NCBI RefSeq assembly: GCF_018977255.1 | Contig: NW_024705519.1 | Location: 1 to 37,422 of the forward strand | From: Callorhinchus milii | Lineage: Eukaryota | Direction: 5' to 3' | Length of the DNA: 37,422 bases | Shown: positions 10,897 through 24,300 of the stretch, in pieces | Layout: each line of letters opens with the position of its first letter | Position numbering within the stretch: the first letter of the stretch is position 1 | Notes under the pieces: generated by a model | The model's database searches: none | What the model was told of the DNA's origin: nothing | What the model saw: only the letters and a program-made list of their open reading frames with translations | Position numbers and translations under genes: made by a program

Positions 10897-11060
10897 GTGG
10901 TGATGGTGGTGGTGATGATGGTGGTTGTGGTGTTGATGATGGTGGTGATGGTGGCGATGGTGGTGGTCGTGATTGTAGTGGTGTTTGTGGTGATGGTGGT
11001 GGTACCGACAATGGTGGTGGTAGTGGTGGTGATGTTGGTGCTGGACGGTAATGGTATGGT
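10897..11060. repeat. (GTG/ATG)n trinucleotide microsatellite
   Basis: Direct inspection. It gives poly-Val, poly-Thr and poly-His artefact ORFs. Confidence 0.9.
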
Positions 11061-11329
11061 GAGCAGTGCCATGTGCGGAGGGCGAATTTAAATTTGCCAT
11101 TCCCCTCATGGTGTTTGTAGCCACCACAGCGTCCAAAGTGGGCTCTGGACAGATGCAAGGGGCTGGTAACCTCTCCACATTCAATTACCACTAATCCACA
11201 AAAAAATATATACAGCTAAGCTGTCCCAGGGGGGACAGTCATCTATGATGTCTCCTGTCCAAACTTACATTTGGTGGAGCCAGGAGATTGAATCCTTACC
11301 CTCGGGGTCCCTATAGAAACAGCAAAAAG

Positions 11330-12315
11330 CCACTGCGGGTGGCCACCTGGAATGTTCAAACGCTCACTGCGGAGGAGAGGCTGTCACTCTTCTGTCGGGA
11401 GCTTGACCGGTACCGCCTGGATCTCTGTGGTATTTAGGAGGTCCAGTGGACCGGCTTTGGCTCCTGCCACCATGAGGGTTAGACAGTCCTCTACTCGGGG
11501 CAGGAGACTGCCAAACAACAGGGAGTGGCTCTTCTTCTGAACAAAATAATGAATGGGGCATGGGAGTGTGGCAGTGAGGTGTGGGAAGCTGTACGCCCCA
11601 GACTACTTTGGGTTCGCCTTCCTATCAACCAGAGGCGAGGAGTGGAGGACGTGGTTACTTATGCCCCCACCGAAGATGAACATCAGTGGAGGGATGCCAG
11701 CAAGGCCGATGAATCAAATGCATTTTATGACCTGTCACAGGTGCGAGCTAAAGTGGCCCCTCGAGATAGAGTCATCCTGTTGGGTGACTTTAATGCCCGA
11801 GTTGGTCATGATGCTGGCACCAGGTCTGGATTGATTTGAAGGCATTGGCCGGGTTAGCACAATAACATCGGTAGGAGGCTGCTTGACTTTTGTGCAGCCC
11901 ATGAGCTTGTAATTACCAACACTCTGCTCCGGCATCGGCGCATCCACACAACATAATGGATGCACGCCAGGTCAAAGCAAGAACATCTGCTGGACTAGAT
12001 AGTGACGGAACAGTGGATGCAGACCCATGTCCTTTGCACCAGGACCTACTTTGAAGCTGATCTGCCCACTGATCATAGACTTGTCATCTGTAAGATGCAC
12101 CTGCATTTTTCCACTCTACTTTTGGGTGTATACCCAGGACCCCATTCAAACACACAATGGCCTGATCTCAGATAGCTGATGAAAGTTGCAAGCGAGATTT
12201 TCATCATTGCTTTCAGCTGAGGTTGACCTCGTCCCCCACTCCTCATGATGCCGAGGGGAAATGGTTGAGGTTAAGGACTGTGGCTCATGCAGCTGCAATG
12301 GCTGCTTTAGGTACA
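11330..12315 (+). mobile_element. RTE-like LINE copy 1 (AP-endonuclease region), cut off by the assembly gap
   Basis: LRVATWNVQTL...ELDRYRLD, YAPT, VILLGDFNARVG and LVITNT motifs with frameshifts. Colinear with 28920-29750. Confidence 0.85.
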
Positions 12316-12345
12316 NNNNNNNNNNNNNNNNNNNNNNNNNNNNNN
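12316..12345. other. Assembly gap (30 N)
   Basis: Run of 30 n. Confidence 1.
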
Positions 12346-15300
12346 TTACCGAAAAGAACAGGGCCTTGGCGGAGGCGTTACCACAAGTGTACGACAACAA
12401 ACCGTAGCGAAGGATTGGCCTTACGGGTCTTGGTAGGGCCAGTAGCTAGTCCGGCCTGTCTAAACCATATACTGGTCTCAAACAAAGTAAACCTGGTACC
12501 TCCTGGCTTGCGATGGAGAGAGACCAGTTGACTATACAGACGGAGGGTCCGCACTGGGCCTCATCACGCTGAGACTACCGAATTAACCGAGTCAGGCTCA
12601 GCCGTTGAATAGTTGTCTACTACTACCGAGGTAGGCTGTGCGTCATATCACTGACTTTCAGTCAGACCTCACGGAAGCGGATTAAGAGGCCCGTTGCAAT
12701 CTTCGCTTTCTCTTCGTACCTTACAACCTCAGTCTTTTCTTGCTCATCACTGAATAGCCATGACTAATGCCAATGGTAAATAGGCGTGGTGAGAATTCTA
12801 TCTTCAATAAATGTGGCGTATATATCATCCAACGACTTAATGGACCTTTGCATACGTGCGTAAGCTGCAAGAGTACGCCGGGACACGTGCTAGGACCGTG
12901 CGGCGTCGCGTAAGAGCGACTTCCTGTGTATTAATAGGTCCTTCGAATGAGTGAGGTACACAGGGGCTATTAGGCAATCGCCTGTTGCCTAAAATGAACA
13001 GTACACGTGAAGCATTAAGGAGCGACTCATAACGAAAATTTTAGCAACTTGTTTGCTAGACAGACGCATCAGCGAGGTCCTAATTCCGTGGAGGCACATT
13101 TGAGTTGGCAGGTCTCGCTCATATCGATTCTCTAACTTATCCATCTTTATCGAGGTCCATGTACTATTCTCGCAGCGTTTCTAGCCTTGAGGCAAATGGC
13201 TGGCTGCAAGCTCACGCGTCTTGAGTGAAACACAGACACGGGCGGGTATAGAAGTTGATGACAGGAGGAAACCGCACACCCCTGTCTGCTAGCTAGCTTA
13301 TGCATATCTATAGCCATGCCCTAGTTAAAGCCCTTATTTGAGCTGGTGGTGACTTGCTTTTCATCCTCACCGAGTCCATTGCTGAAACCAGTCATAAACA
13401 GACATCTATATGTCTGGTACCGTGCGGGCACACATTTGAGACGTCCAGACTGCCTGGAACTCTATACCAAGAGAGAACTATATCCATCGCCTACAGGAAG
13501 CTATACAACCCTCACGGTGCCCATGACATTTTGTTGTCGCATGAACACTACCCGCGAGATACAACTTCCACTCATGCCAAAAGGCCCATCTTAGAACACT
13601 CGTGCCATGTCATAGGGGGCGAGTTTCGATTGAAGCGCGAGAACACAGGTGGGAGGCCACGGTGGCTGTCACAGATTTAAACCCCGCCGCACATGGGCCC
13701 TTCTATGATGTAAGGACTCCACTCTTGACAATACCCGCGAAATCCGCCAGGCTGAGTCACGGCCAATGAAAGGTGGCACTCTGAACCGCAGTAATATCTT
13801 GCGGGAGCGGATCCGAAGTACGGTGAAAGCTAGTAGGATGATTCTTGGGCGGCTATTACAAAGGAGTCGCGAACGGGCTACCTCTGAAAACCCCAGGAAG
13901 CAGCAGCCTGCCTCGGCAGGAAGGAGGGACTGTCAGGCCTAGTTAGCAGGAGCGATGTCAAGATTCAATGGTTGCTGTAGTCTTCACAACCTTGACATAA
14001 GTAGATCATACCGCACAAGACTACCCAGCGCGGGCATTCACATGGAGTTTTTGGCTCACCCAGGTGAAAGGCATAGTTGTCACACTTGATGTGTAAGCTA
14101 TCCATGATCAAACAGTGGCGCTCCGGTTGTTCGTTGGTCAATGCACCCCAACGAAGCTCGCCTCGGTCCTATTATCAGCTGCGTAGCAACTATGTGTACG
14201 ACCTACGCAGTCCACAGCCCCGTGTGTTACGATTGACACAAACGGATGACAAAATTGTAATCTTCGTCCGTTGGAGATAGAGTTCAAGGTGTAGGCTCCT
14301 GCATAATAGCCCCTACCATGTCATGGGTGTACCATAAGGCCACGACTGTAAGTTCCTTGTAATGCTGCGTAAGGCAGGCCGTACCGCTCAACCATTAACT
14401 TTGGAGATGCATAACTCAGATAAATATGTGTCCAAATATCCAACCAGTGGATGCAAAAGTTGGTGCTGGAATTTTCTTATTCTGAACTAGTATATTGTAG
14501 AAGCTTTTCCAATTAGATCGACACTAGACCCTAGGTTACTAAAGAGATGGACAAATATGTTATGTCTGACAATCAAGAAATCGACAAGAAAGCAACTTTC
14601 CGTTCCTTGGTCAACTTCTACAACGAAGTCTAATAGGTTCCTAGAGTCCGATTTCATACCGGAGGGAGTTGCGCCGAAGGTAATCGTCAGTATCCAGGCG
14701 TCGCGTGGGAATAGGTGAGAATATGCAAAGGCATTATCATGTCGGCGTCACCCAGTGCAACTACGGTCGGGCAACCAGCCGCGGTACCCGGTGACAACTG
14801 CTTCGTCCAGCCTACCGTGTAGAGTATACCCGCCTCGCTAGCTCTTCGTACACTCTTCACCCCGCGAAACGGGCAGTGATTTCGCTACGTTAGTGGCGAA
14901 AAAATGGGTTTAGATTAAGACGCGAGCTAGCCAGTAGATATGCGCGAGTCACACCCGGCAATCGTCTGCAGACTGCTCGGAGGCTCACGTTACAGTGGCA
15001 AACAGCTTGCAATGTGAACGGTTAAGGAAGAAATCCCTACGTCGGAGCATAGCACAGCTATTGTGGATTTCTGAAGATTGAGTTTATTACTGCGGACCGA
15101 CAGATCCCATCCAGAAGGTCAAACACCTCTCTGTTTGCGCCGACAACCGCCGACAAACCGCCAGACACCGAAAGCATAACATTAATGCACGAACGCATAA
15201 CCTCTAGTGGTAGCCCAGCATTGGTGGGGGCGTAAGTGGATGAGCGGAGCATGAATTGCATATCACATAGGCCGTGAATATGAGTTGACCCCCCTCGCTC

Positions 15301-18300
15301 CCCCAAACATACGAAAAGACTGACGGCCCATTTGCCATAACATTCGTGTATTCTCTCGTCATGGGTTGCCCCATCGCCAATCTTGTCGTCAGTAAGGGAA
15401 AACATACAGCCGCGCTGTAGACGCCCGTTTTGATTGCTGCGTAGGTAACTAAGGCGAATTGCCGCAGCGCGTCAATTAGGGCCGTTCAACCCATTTCAGC
15501 ATATCACCCCGGATAGACCTTCAACTGACAGGCCTGTACTGCCTGAGTCTCACAAATATTATTTGAGGACTCAAACCACTATCACTCGCATGCCGTGCCG
15601 GACCTAGGAGAATGCCGATCCGCATGACAAGGTGAAAACGCCAAAGGTATACTATTGCTAGTAGTGTATAAGTAGATGAACCCCTAGCGAGATACTCGAC
15701 TTTATAAGACGGTCTATTAGCGCAAACCTATAAGCCACCTATCCATCGACAGATCCGCGGGCATGCTGACTCCAGTCAGCTAATGAGCTATTTACCGTGC
15801 TCTTTTGAAAGTGTGAGTTCGCTCAGGTGACGCCGGGCACGCGACTCTCATGCGATTCTGAGTCTCTGGCACAATGCTGAATCCCAGCTGGACGCCCAAG
15901 CTTTTGGACGAACTTAGCTGGTGCGACTGAGGTTCTGTCCATTTGTCTTCTCAGTACTGTGGTAGACACGATTAGTTCGGCTGGCTTGTCGTATGAACGC
16001 CTGGGTTGCGCTGCTGTAAGTGACCTAAAAGGATTGTGACACCTAATGCCGTGTCTACGCTTGGCATTTTGACCCACAAATTACGTCGTATATCTGGACG
16101 TAGGTCCGCTTTCACTACTGCACCAACGGCACGAGGGATCGTAACATTGTAGCCAGTAAGATTCTTACGGTTGTTAACGCATCGACCCTACGTCGGATGT
16201 AGTTTCATCAAGACTAGGCGTTAAGTGATGAATGTCTTCGTTTGCACGGTGTTCCACTGAGCTTGGAACGATGTATCCCCGAACACACCCGGAACTTGTC
16301 ATTTTGGGCATTATGGTGCCCATGAAGGACCGGTTTGACCGGAAGGCGCCATTGAGAGAGAGCTCAACGAGTGCGGGACAGCGCGGTTGACTATATTACC
16401 TTTATGAAACAAAGGGGCATGGGTCTACTAACGATGATGGCCGAGGTCGTTGTCGTGCCATCGCAATCACGACGCACAGTCAAAATAGTCTAGGTGTCCA
16501 CTGATATACTAGACCGAGCACCTGAGGCCCCAGGAATTAGTTTTAATTTGTCTATAGATAGGATCCAGCGCGAGCCTGCCAAATATCGAACAGTGTCAGT
16601 GCTCTTTCGGCTCAAAACCGAGCTATCCGGGCGTTTCATAGCAGTGGCAAGGACAGTATCCGCCTTCCCAGAGCATTGTCAACAAAATATCTGATGGGGT
16701 TAGAGCGGACGACGCAGGAAATTACACTAAGGTTAGGGCTTCCATATACCCTGTAGTCAATATTGTGCGCAAATTATTATTCGAAATAATTTGGGGCGTT
16801 AACGCGTAATGTATCAGTTGCACACTTTAAGCGATGGTTGCATTGGTGCAACTAGGCCTGATAGGTTGTAGCCCAAAAAGGCATTTAATTAGACACATCT
16901 CCTAGAAATCCGACACGCCAAGGCTCCGCTAGAACGAGAAGTGACTATAAACGCAATCCATGCCCTAGAGGGTCCCACCCGTGTATAGCGGGCCAACGGT
17001 GTTATTTAAAGACGATGCACCAACGCCGTGGCACAGTCGTTAAGTACCAGGCTGCGGAGATACTAGTTTACGGGACGCGCCAGTCGATCTTCCCGCCTGG
17101 TGGCTACTTTGCCGGGTTAATAGCTCCTGGAGATATACGGGCACTTTAATCCGTGCCGATATAACTCAGCAATCGGTGGTTTCTAGATAGCACTCAGAGA
17201 GAACCCAGGTGTCCCCACCGGTCTTGGTCGCCGAGAAGTTACTGCACTTTACCAACTACATTTAATCATACAGAGAATCAAAGCTTCATCATAATTGCCA
17301 AACGTTGAGCAGGCCTTGGGAGCCGCCGACACATGCCTACGAATCTGATTACCGGGTAAACAGTCTAATTTTCCGGAAGGGCACCTTTGCTCCTTCACCA
17401 CTGGCAACCATCGTATCCTTCAGTACGCGCGGTCTTACGGGGAAAGAGGCCAATTCGTCTTCACACTTCGCGAATTTACCCATGTTCCACAGGCAAACCC
17501 ATAAAGCAGCTAGGAAAGTACAGTGTCTAGTGGGACGGTCCATTAGTCAAATAAAAATCGGCGAACTGCTGGATCGACCCCGGGATTCTCGTCAAGATTA
17601 AGACCAACCTAATCACCAATTACCAGCAGCGACAGTTGACTGACATGAGGGTCACCGTTATCACAGCTCATGCGAAGGGGCAACTCTTTCTTTCACGTCT
17701 ACTGTCATTTCGGCAAGAGCTTACCATACCGCCGGATTAAACTCTAGTATTTAGCCAGGTCTCACAGATTCTTCCTTAATACTGGTAATTATGGTTGGGG
17801 GGGCTCGTGTAATATCCTGGCCGGGTCCTGTTAATCATAGGGGCTGGCGATTGTATCCGAATTCAAAAAGGACTTAATGTAAGGATTGAGCTTTCCGCGC
17901 AGCCTCCTGCTATATGGACACAATACGAATTCAGCTCATTTCGCTTATCGAGTTGATAGAGCAATTGAATAGGGCAATAGCAGGCTTACCCGGTTATTTC
18001 ACTTGGACAAGGTGCAGAGGCCGAGCTGCAGGATAATACACTCAAAATAGGTATCGAAGAGCGCAAAGAGCCGGACTCTTTGGTGAAACACACCAGTCGT
18101 AGAGAGCACACATCTTTACTGAGTCTCCGAGTGCTTTGCGTCAAAAACTCGTGAAGAAAGATTGCTAGTGTCCGATCTCACACGCCCAAGCCTAGCGGCC
18201 AACCCTGGACTAGTTTGTTTTGGATGCACTCCCGGTGGGATGAGACACATAAGCCCAACTGGCCCTATGTATCTACGGAGTACCCGTGAGGTTGATATGC

Positions 18301-21300
18301 CGAGTCCGAACGCTTAGTGGCTATAAACTATCTGCTTTAAAAGCGGAACCGCGGTTACATTATAACCGAGCACGTTACCCCAGTAACAGACCAATATGGC
18401 TCTTGACCTTCTTTTTAGAATGTATAAGGAAAGTAATTATCGAGGGCGTAATCTAAGGGGCGAACCTACTATATAGGAGCAACCCAAGGAAGATACGCTT
18501 GTGTCCAAGAAAAACACATCCACGCCGCTGTTGCTGGGTTCTCTTACGAGCTTAACCAGTTGTAACTCTCATTCCAGGCATCGGCACCACTCCAACACGG
18601 CTAGTCCTCCCCTGTTTTTCACTCATGCGGGTTGAACTAGCATCCGGTAACTTTCGACCAGGCCCGGAACGACGTACAATAGACGACGTTACGAATGTCC
18701 CAATACCTGCACTTTCTTCACTCGGTGTAAGCATGTGGGGGAAAAAACAACTCGTGGACGGTCGTTTCTACGGGTATCTTCCCACCTCTTCTATGAAGGA
18801 AGAGTAGAAACCATAAAAGGTGCCGAGCCGTCGGGTGGTTTCAAGCGGATACTCGATATGATTGCCGGACTTATCGCCAGTGGGGGGCGTAAAAGCAGGA
18901 TAGATCACCAGCAAGCAATCACGTGAGTTACCGAGTGACCTGAAAGCCACACTATAAAGAGTAATGATGCAGCGTCTGCGCCGGATGGCTATTGCGTATT
19001 AAGGCGATAACAAGGTCAACAGATGAATAGCTCTATAGGTGGTAGTTCAACTGACTCAACTTTAATGGACGGTACCGTACTACAATCAGGGTCGAAGTGC
19101 AGAATTAAAAAGCTGCATGAGCGCAGGAGGTAACCTTGTATATCTGTCTCGTCGACCGGTACCTGATAGAAACAATTTCGGAGTTTTTTGGACCCAACGG
19201 TAGGGCTGAACTGGGGCCCTAACCTGTGCAGGAGCTAGACCGAGACGACGGACGATTGAGGATCTAATACTCATGCGGATGAATTCATCCCTTGGCGTGT
19301 CCTTGTCGGCTCACAGTATACCCCGAATGGAGGGGCAATAGGTCGACTTAAAATGGTGAACCAATGATTTAGATTTGCGCTCCGCCGGTTAACGTTGAGC
19401 GCGTGTCACCCTGGTACAGTTTCTTTCTCCACATTCGTATGGACTGCCCGTGACGTTCTTGGAACGAAGCCTACATACGTACCGGACTCATGTGTCCGCG
19501 GGGTGAGCAATACCCATACCGCGTATGTACCACTTAACGGCATATTGGGTAGACACAACGAGCACGATGACAGTCGAAAGACGTGCGAGGCTTTCTCACA
19601 GGGCGCCGGGAAGTGTTATCAGAATGCATACTCAGTCTGCATTGTTCCATTTAAGCTGCCGTCGTATTCGGTGCATTGAGCTACTTACTGCTCCATACAC
19701 AAGGTGCGTTGAACGGCGTCCTGCTTTGTGTCGTTTTGAGTTATGTAGAACAAAAATTGGGGAAGCGATCTTCTGGAACTAGCTTTGGTAGCTTTAGGGA
19801 TACAGACCGCGGTCTGAGCACGGGTTACGTGGAATTAGGATGTGTTTTAACAGGCCGCCTAACCGTATGATACCTGTTCCACTGCAGCTTTGGAGTACGC
19901 ACACCTCTACCAGGAACACTACGCAGCGTCCAAGACACCGCCCATATACAGTGTGCGCAGTGCCCCTATCCATGTCGGTGACACGGTTTGGCCAATGGAA
20001 AACTTGAAAGTATATGAACTAAAGGCGCGGGTACCCGGGTTTTTTTACCACACTCCTACGTGTATACCGTCGAACTGCTGATGAATACACCATGCTTTGG
20101 AATACGGGCCATTGAATAAAAACCGGATGCTCGTTAGCAAATGGACGAATTGTTAATGTATATGCAGAGGACGTATTAGGTGCTCGAACTTCGAGTGGCG
20201 AGCATCATTTCATTTAACCCCCTCAGCCACCTTAGCACCAATGGTCGTGTATCTGGAGCGTTTATGGGACTATTCAGAAGTGTACTTTCAATGACGCAGC
20301 ACTGCCGAAAAATAAACACCGAATGGGGCAGATGATTTCAGTTGGTCATCAGTTAACGGTTGTAAGACGAGTACCAAGTCTATCCACTGCGGAGAATTCA
20401 TTAACTCGGATAAATCAAGTTCCGTGGAATCCGGGGACCCCAGCCCGGAGAAGTACCGTCAACCCAAGTTAGCACTGTTGTACGCAAATCGGTTCCGTTT
20501 GTGAAAACATTGGAAACGCGATTCGTTTAGAAAAAGAAATGAGGTAAACGCCTCGGTCCGTTATCTCGACACTATCACTCAGAAACATTAGGGTTGGCAT
20601 CAAGCCGGTCGGAAACATTAAAGACGGACTTCTTCTCACAACATGGACGTGTATTGGGCTTTGCTTGCGTACAGCCCGTGTCCGCGTTGTCACACCGGTT
20701 CCCAGCTTTCATCAATGAGCTCAGCTCGCTTTAAGTAGCGCGCTTCATTACATGAAATTTCGACGATGACTCGCTTTCCAGTCCACGGGAGCCAATGTAC
20801 AACATTTATTAGTATTCTTCGGATGGCTGGCAAGGAATGCACTGATCGTGGGGTCCCGCTTGGTCGATTCTCGAGACCTCGCGTGTGCAATTGGGTCTGT
20901 ACTACGTTTCCCACTCGCCAGTGACCGGCATCCGTTGTGCGCTCGTCCTTCTTTACAACGATGGGCGGTGGCCTCAATCGCATTGGACATAGAACTGCGC
21001 AGACAATGTATTTTAGTTGCCATGAGATTCCAAAACCTCTTTCACTGAGTGACACCGGGAGCCTCATAGAGTAACTCGGAACGACCGGAAATACAGTGCG
21101 GACCTCCGAGGCTTGGGTCTGAGTGCCCCCATAATCGTGGCAACATAACTGCAGCCTGTAGCTGTGACTGCCAAAATTGATGATACTACGCAGCTCTAAA
21201 CGACAGCCACTGTTATAACTGTTTGGCTCACGCTGATGAGCCCGCTGGCAACCCTACCTCAAATTGCTAGGGGGGTGGAACTAGGCTTCGCCTGAAGATT

Positions 21301-24300
21301 GTAACATAATACTCCTTGACCCAGTAGGCACCAGTTCCCGGGCACAACCATCGTGAAGCACGCCTGCCGTAGATCCCCCGCATCCCATAAGTAACACGAC
21401 GCGAAATGTAACTTCATGAACGTTAGATTACAAGCGGGGCTCGTCTTGTGCGGCACAGACTTCACGTATTTAAAACGCTATGTCGCATCCATGATACGAC
21501 AACCCCGAGGCTCTAGCTCCGTCTCACATGACGTATTCGTCTTGGGATCGGTAGGGTGTTGTTATTACCTCACGCATCACCGCATCTAGGCCTGGCCAGG
21601 AAGTTACGAGAGGGACCTCTGGAACTACCTTACCGGGTGGTCCCAATCGAATAGCGCGGTGTAGCGAGAAGATACCCCTGAGGCTAGCACTCACAAAACT
21701 TACGAAAACCCTAACATGACCAATGATTCCAGGTCGCGCGATCATAATATCTCTGCTACCGCCTATAGCCCGTGTCACTTATTCAGGCGCACGAGGATTG
21801 GCTACTCCAGACTTCTTCTGACGGCCATGCGCCAAGATGACGGGGCAGCTGGATGCTTGTGGGTTACACCAGACGCAAAGGCTGTGTTGTTAGGTCGTGG
21901 GATATTCTACTGCACGGAACTGACTTTCTACCACTCAATCAGTTTGACAGATGTTTCGGTCTGGGCTGGAACAGACAGTCGCAAGGATAGAACACAGATT
22001 ATCGCCCTTTAATTATCGAGGCTAGAGCGTTAGCCTACCGAGGGGCTGATATCCAAACGGTGTTCACTGCTGGGGCTGGTTGCGTGCAAGATAAATATCC
22101 AGGAGGTCCGTCGCATCACAGTTACAATCCAATCATAAGGACACTGACTTACTTCATTATCTGAGGCTACGCTCAAGTCCACGCATGGCATCTACGGTTC
22201 TAATGATTTCTGGAACTTCTACTTCACGAATTTATGGCCCTCTCCATGTTAGCACCGGTTTTCCGAAGGCTATTCGATGTTACTTGACTCAGTAGGAGGT
22301 TAAGGTGAAACCCAGGCGTTGACGACTCCAAAAATACCTATCCCAGTGGCTTATGCCAGAATTAACGTTGCGAATACTACCATTAGAGCGCCACCCTCGA
22401 TTACAGGTAGCAATACACCGCAATACACAACAGTGGCGCTCGGATAGGCGTGTGTGATGTTACCTGTCCTCCACGCTCGGTGTTATTAACTTTTTTCTTT
22501 ACGTGGGGGTAGATGGCTCCTGAGGAACGCAGTTAATCCCAGGTATGTTGTGAACTACGTCACTCCGCGCTCTTCTTCAGGTTCTAGTCGGGATCGCACA
22601 TATTCGGAGTTCGAGTGCCTCCTACTAATGCCCCTTTTGAAAACTGTAAGCCGGTTTGCGACCCACATGCTGGACCAGACATCGCATAGGAGATAGCCAT
22701 ACCGCGGACGACTTTTTCGTAGGTGCCCCATGCACCGGCGGTTGCTCAGCATGACCCGCGATCATGTAGGATGCATACGGATACGCCAGTGTTAATACAG
22801 CAGTACTTCTATGAATATGAGACGATTTTACATGACGTAGGCAAAAGGTACTATGGTTAGTCAGAGATGCAAAGGGGTCCGACTGCGTGCTGATTCCAGT
22901 TATGATCCATACAGCCGGGGGCCCTGGCCTATGATTTCCCCACAAGGAAACATGTCCTCTGTAGAATCATGAGTATTATGAGTCCGGTGCACACCGGTGA
23001 CCTAGGCTTTAGTGGAGTTACTTGGCAATGAGCTCTCGTCAATACACGACACAGCGTTGGATGCTCCGTATTTCTTTGGTCTCTGCGGGGTCCCGGCCAG
23101 CTCGTGTGACAGGCGCGGGGTGTAATGAAGTTCCGGCAGCAAGATATTGCCGGTGTTCGTCACTGTCCGCCTGTTCTGACTCTCCAGCCGGGAGAATCCC
23201 CGACGAATTTCGCAGGCTGGCTCCGGACAACTGAAGGGCCATAGGATTGAGTAGGCCAATAGAATTTGCTTTAGCTCCTCTTGGGTCTTACAACATGTGT
23301 AGTGGGTTCTCGCCCACCGTCAGTGTGGTCCCGGTCAATAGGATCTTTGGTGAGGCTGGGATCATACTTAAGTCTTATTTTCATATTGAGCGTCTCAAGT
23401 AAAGGAGATCCGTTACACAATAGTCAGCATCGGACCTGGGCCGCAGGCTGGATCCCTTAAATAAGTAGGTGGGCTCTTTAGCAAACTGAGCTCATGGAAT
23501 GCTTGTAATATTATAAACGAAAAATCGGTGGTAACGTCGGATTAGACCACCTAAGCATCCGCAAACCGCAGATCTTCTCGTTTCTAATGATGCCCTACGT
23601 ACTAAGAGTCTGATGTAGATGAGGTTGCATACTTCGACTCGCTGGTGAGTATATCACAAGCGTTGTCCAGTTTTAGCAAGAAGAAAAGCGTATAGTGCTG
23701 CCCCCTTAGCTCCCCTCAAAAGTACGCATTGAAGGTTTGGCGTGTCCTAGTAACCGGTTCGAGTGTAGAACCTTGCCACAATAGCCCTGCACTAGACTCT
23801 GGACAATTACCAGCGGTTTCCTGCCGAACGTTTGTCGGTAGGAGAACGTATTTTGAGGGGATGCTAAATGAGGTTAAGTAGTTCAATTATAGACCGTGAT
23901 GAGGTTCGCGTACATGCGTTGGAGCACTCCCGGTAAAGACGTAAACAGCCGACCTGCTATCCTCCAACTAGGCATTTTTTGCATACGTTCGGTCTACTTC
24001 CAAATCTGTCAAATAGTGGGTATACAGATCAAGCCGCCGCTAAATCTACTCAGACAACCGCGGAGGCGTATTCCCGGGATAGGACTTTAACTCATGTCGA
24101 AGCGTGGAACCTGTCGAACCGAGGAGAGGTTAGGGCCACACAAAGAGAGATAAGGTTCCGCGGTGCTAACCTTAGTTGGGGAGTTGGCTACGTATGCGAT
24201 ACTGTCTAACCCTCGTGCTGCTTTGGACACATCAACAAGCTCGAATTAGCAATATGGATTGGTAGGCGCAGTCCTAAAAGTACTCACTTATAGAGGGGGG

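Noticed and set aside
10740..11191. Poly-Val 'transmembrane', poly-His, poly-Thr and Pro-rich ORFs
   Set aside because: They come from a trinucleotide microsatellite downstream of a strong GTGAG donor.
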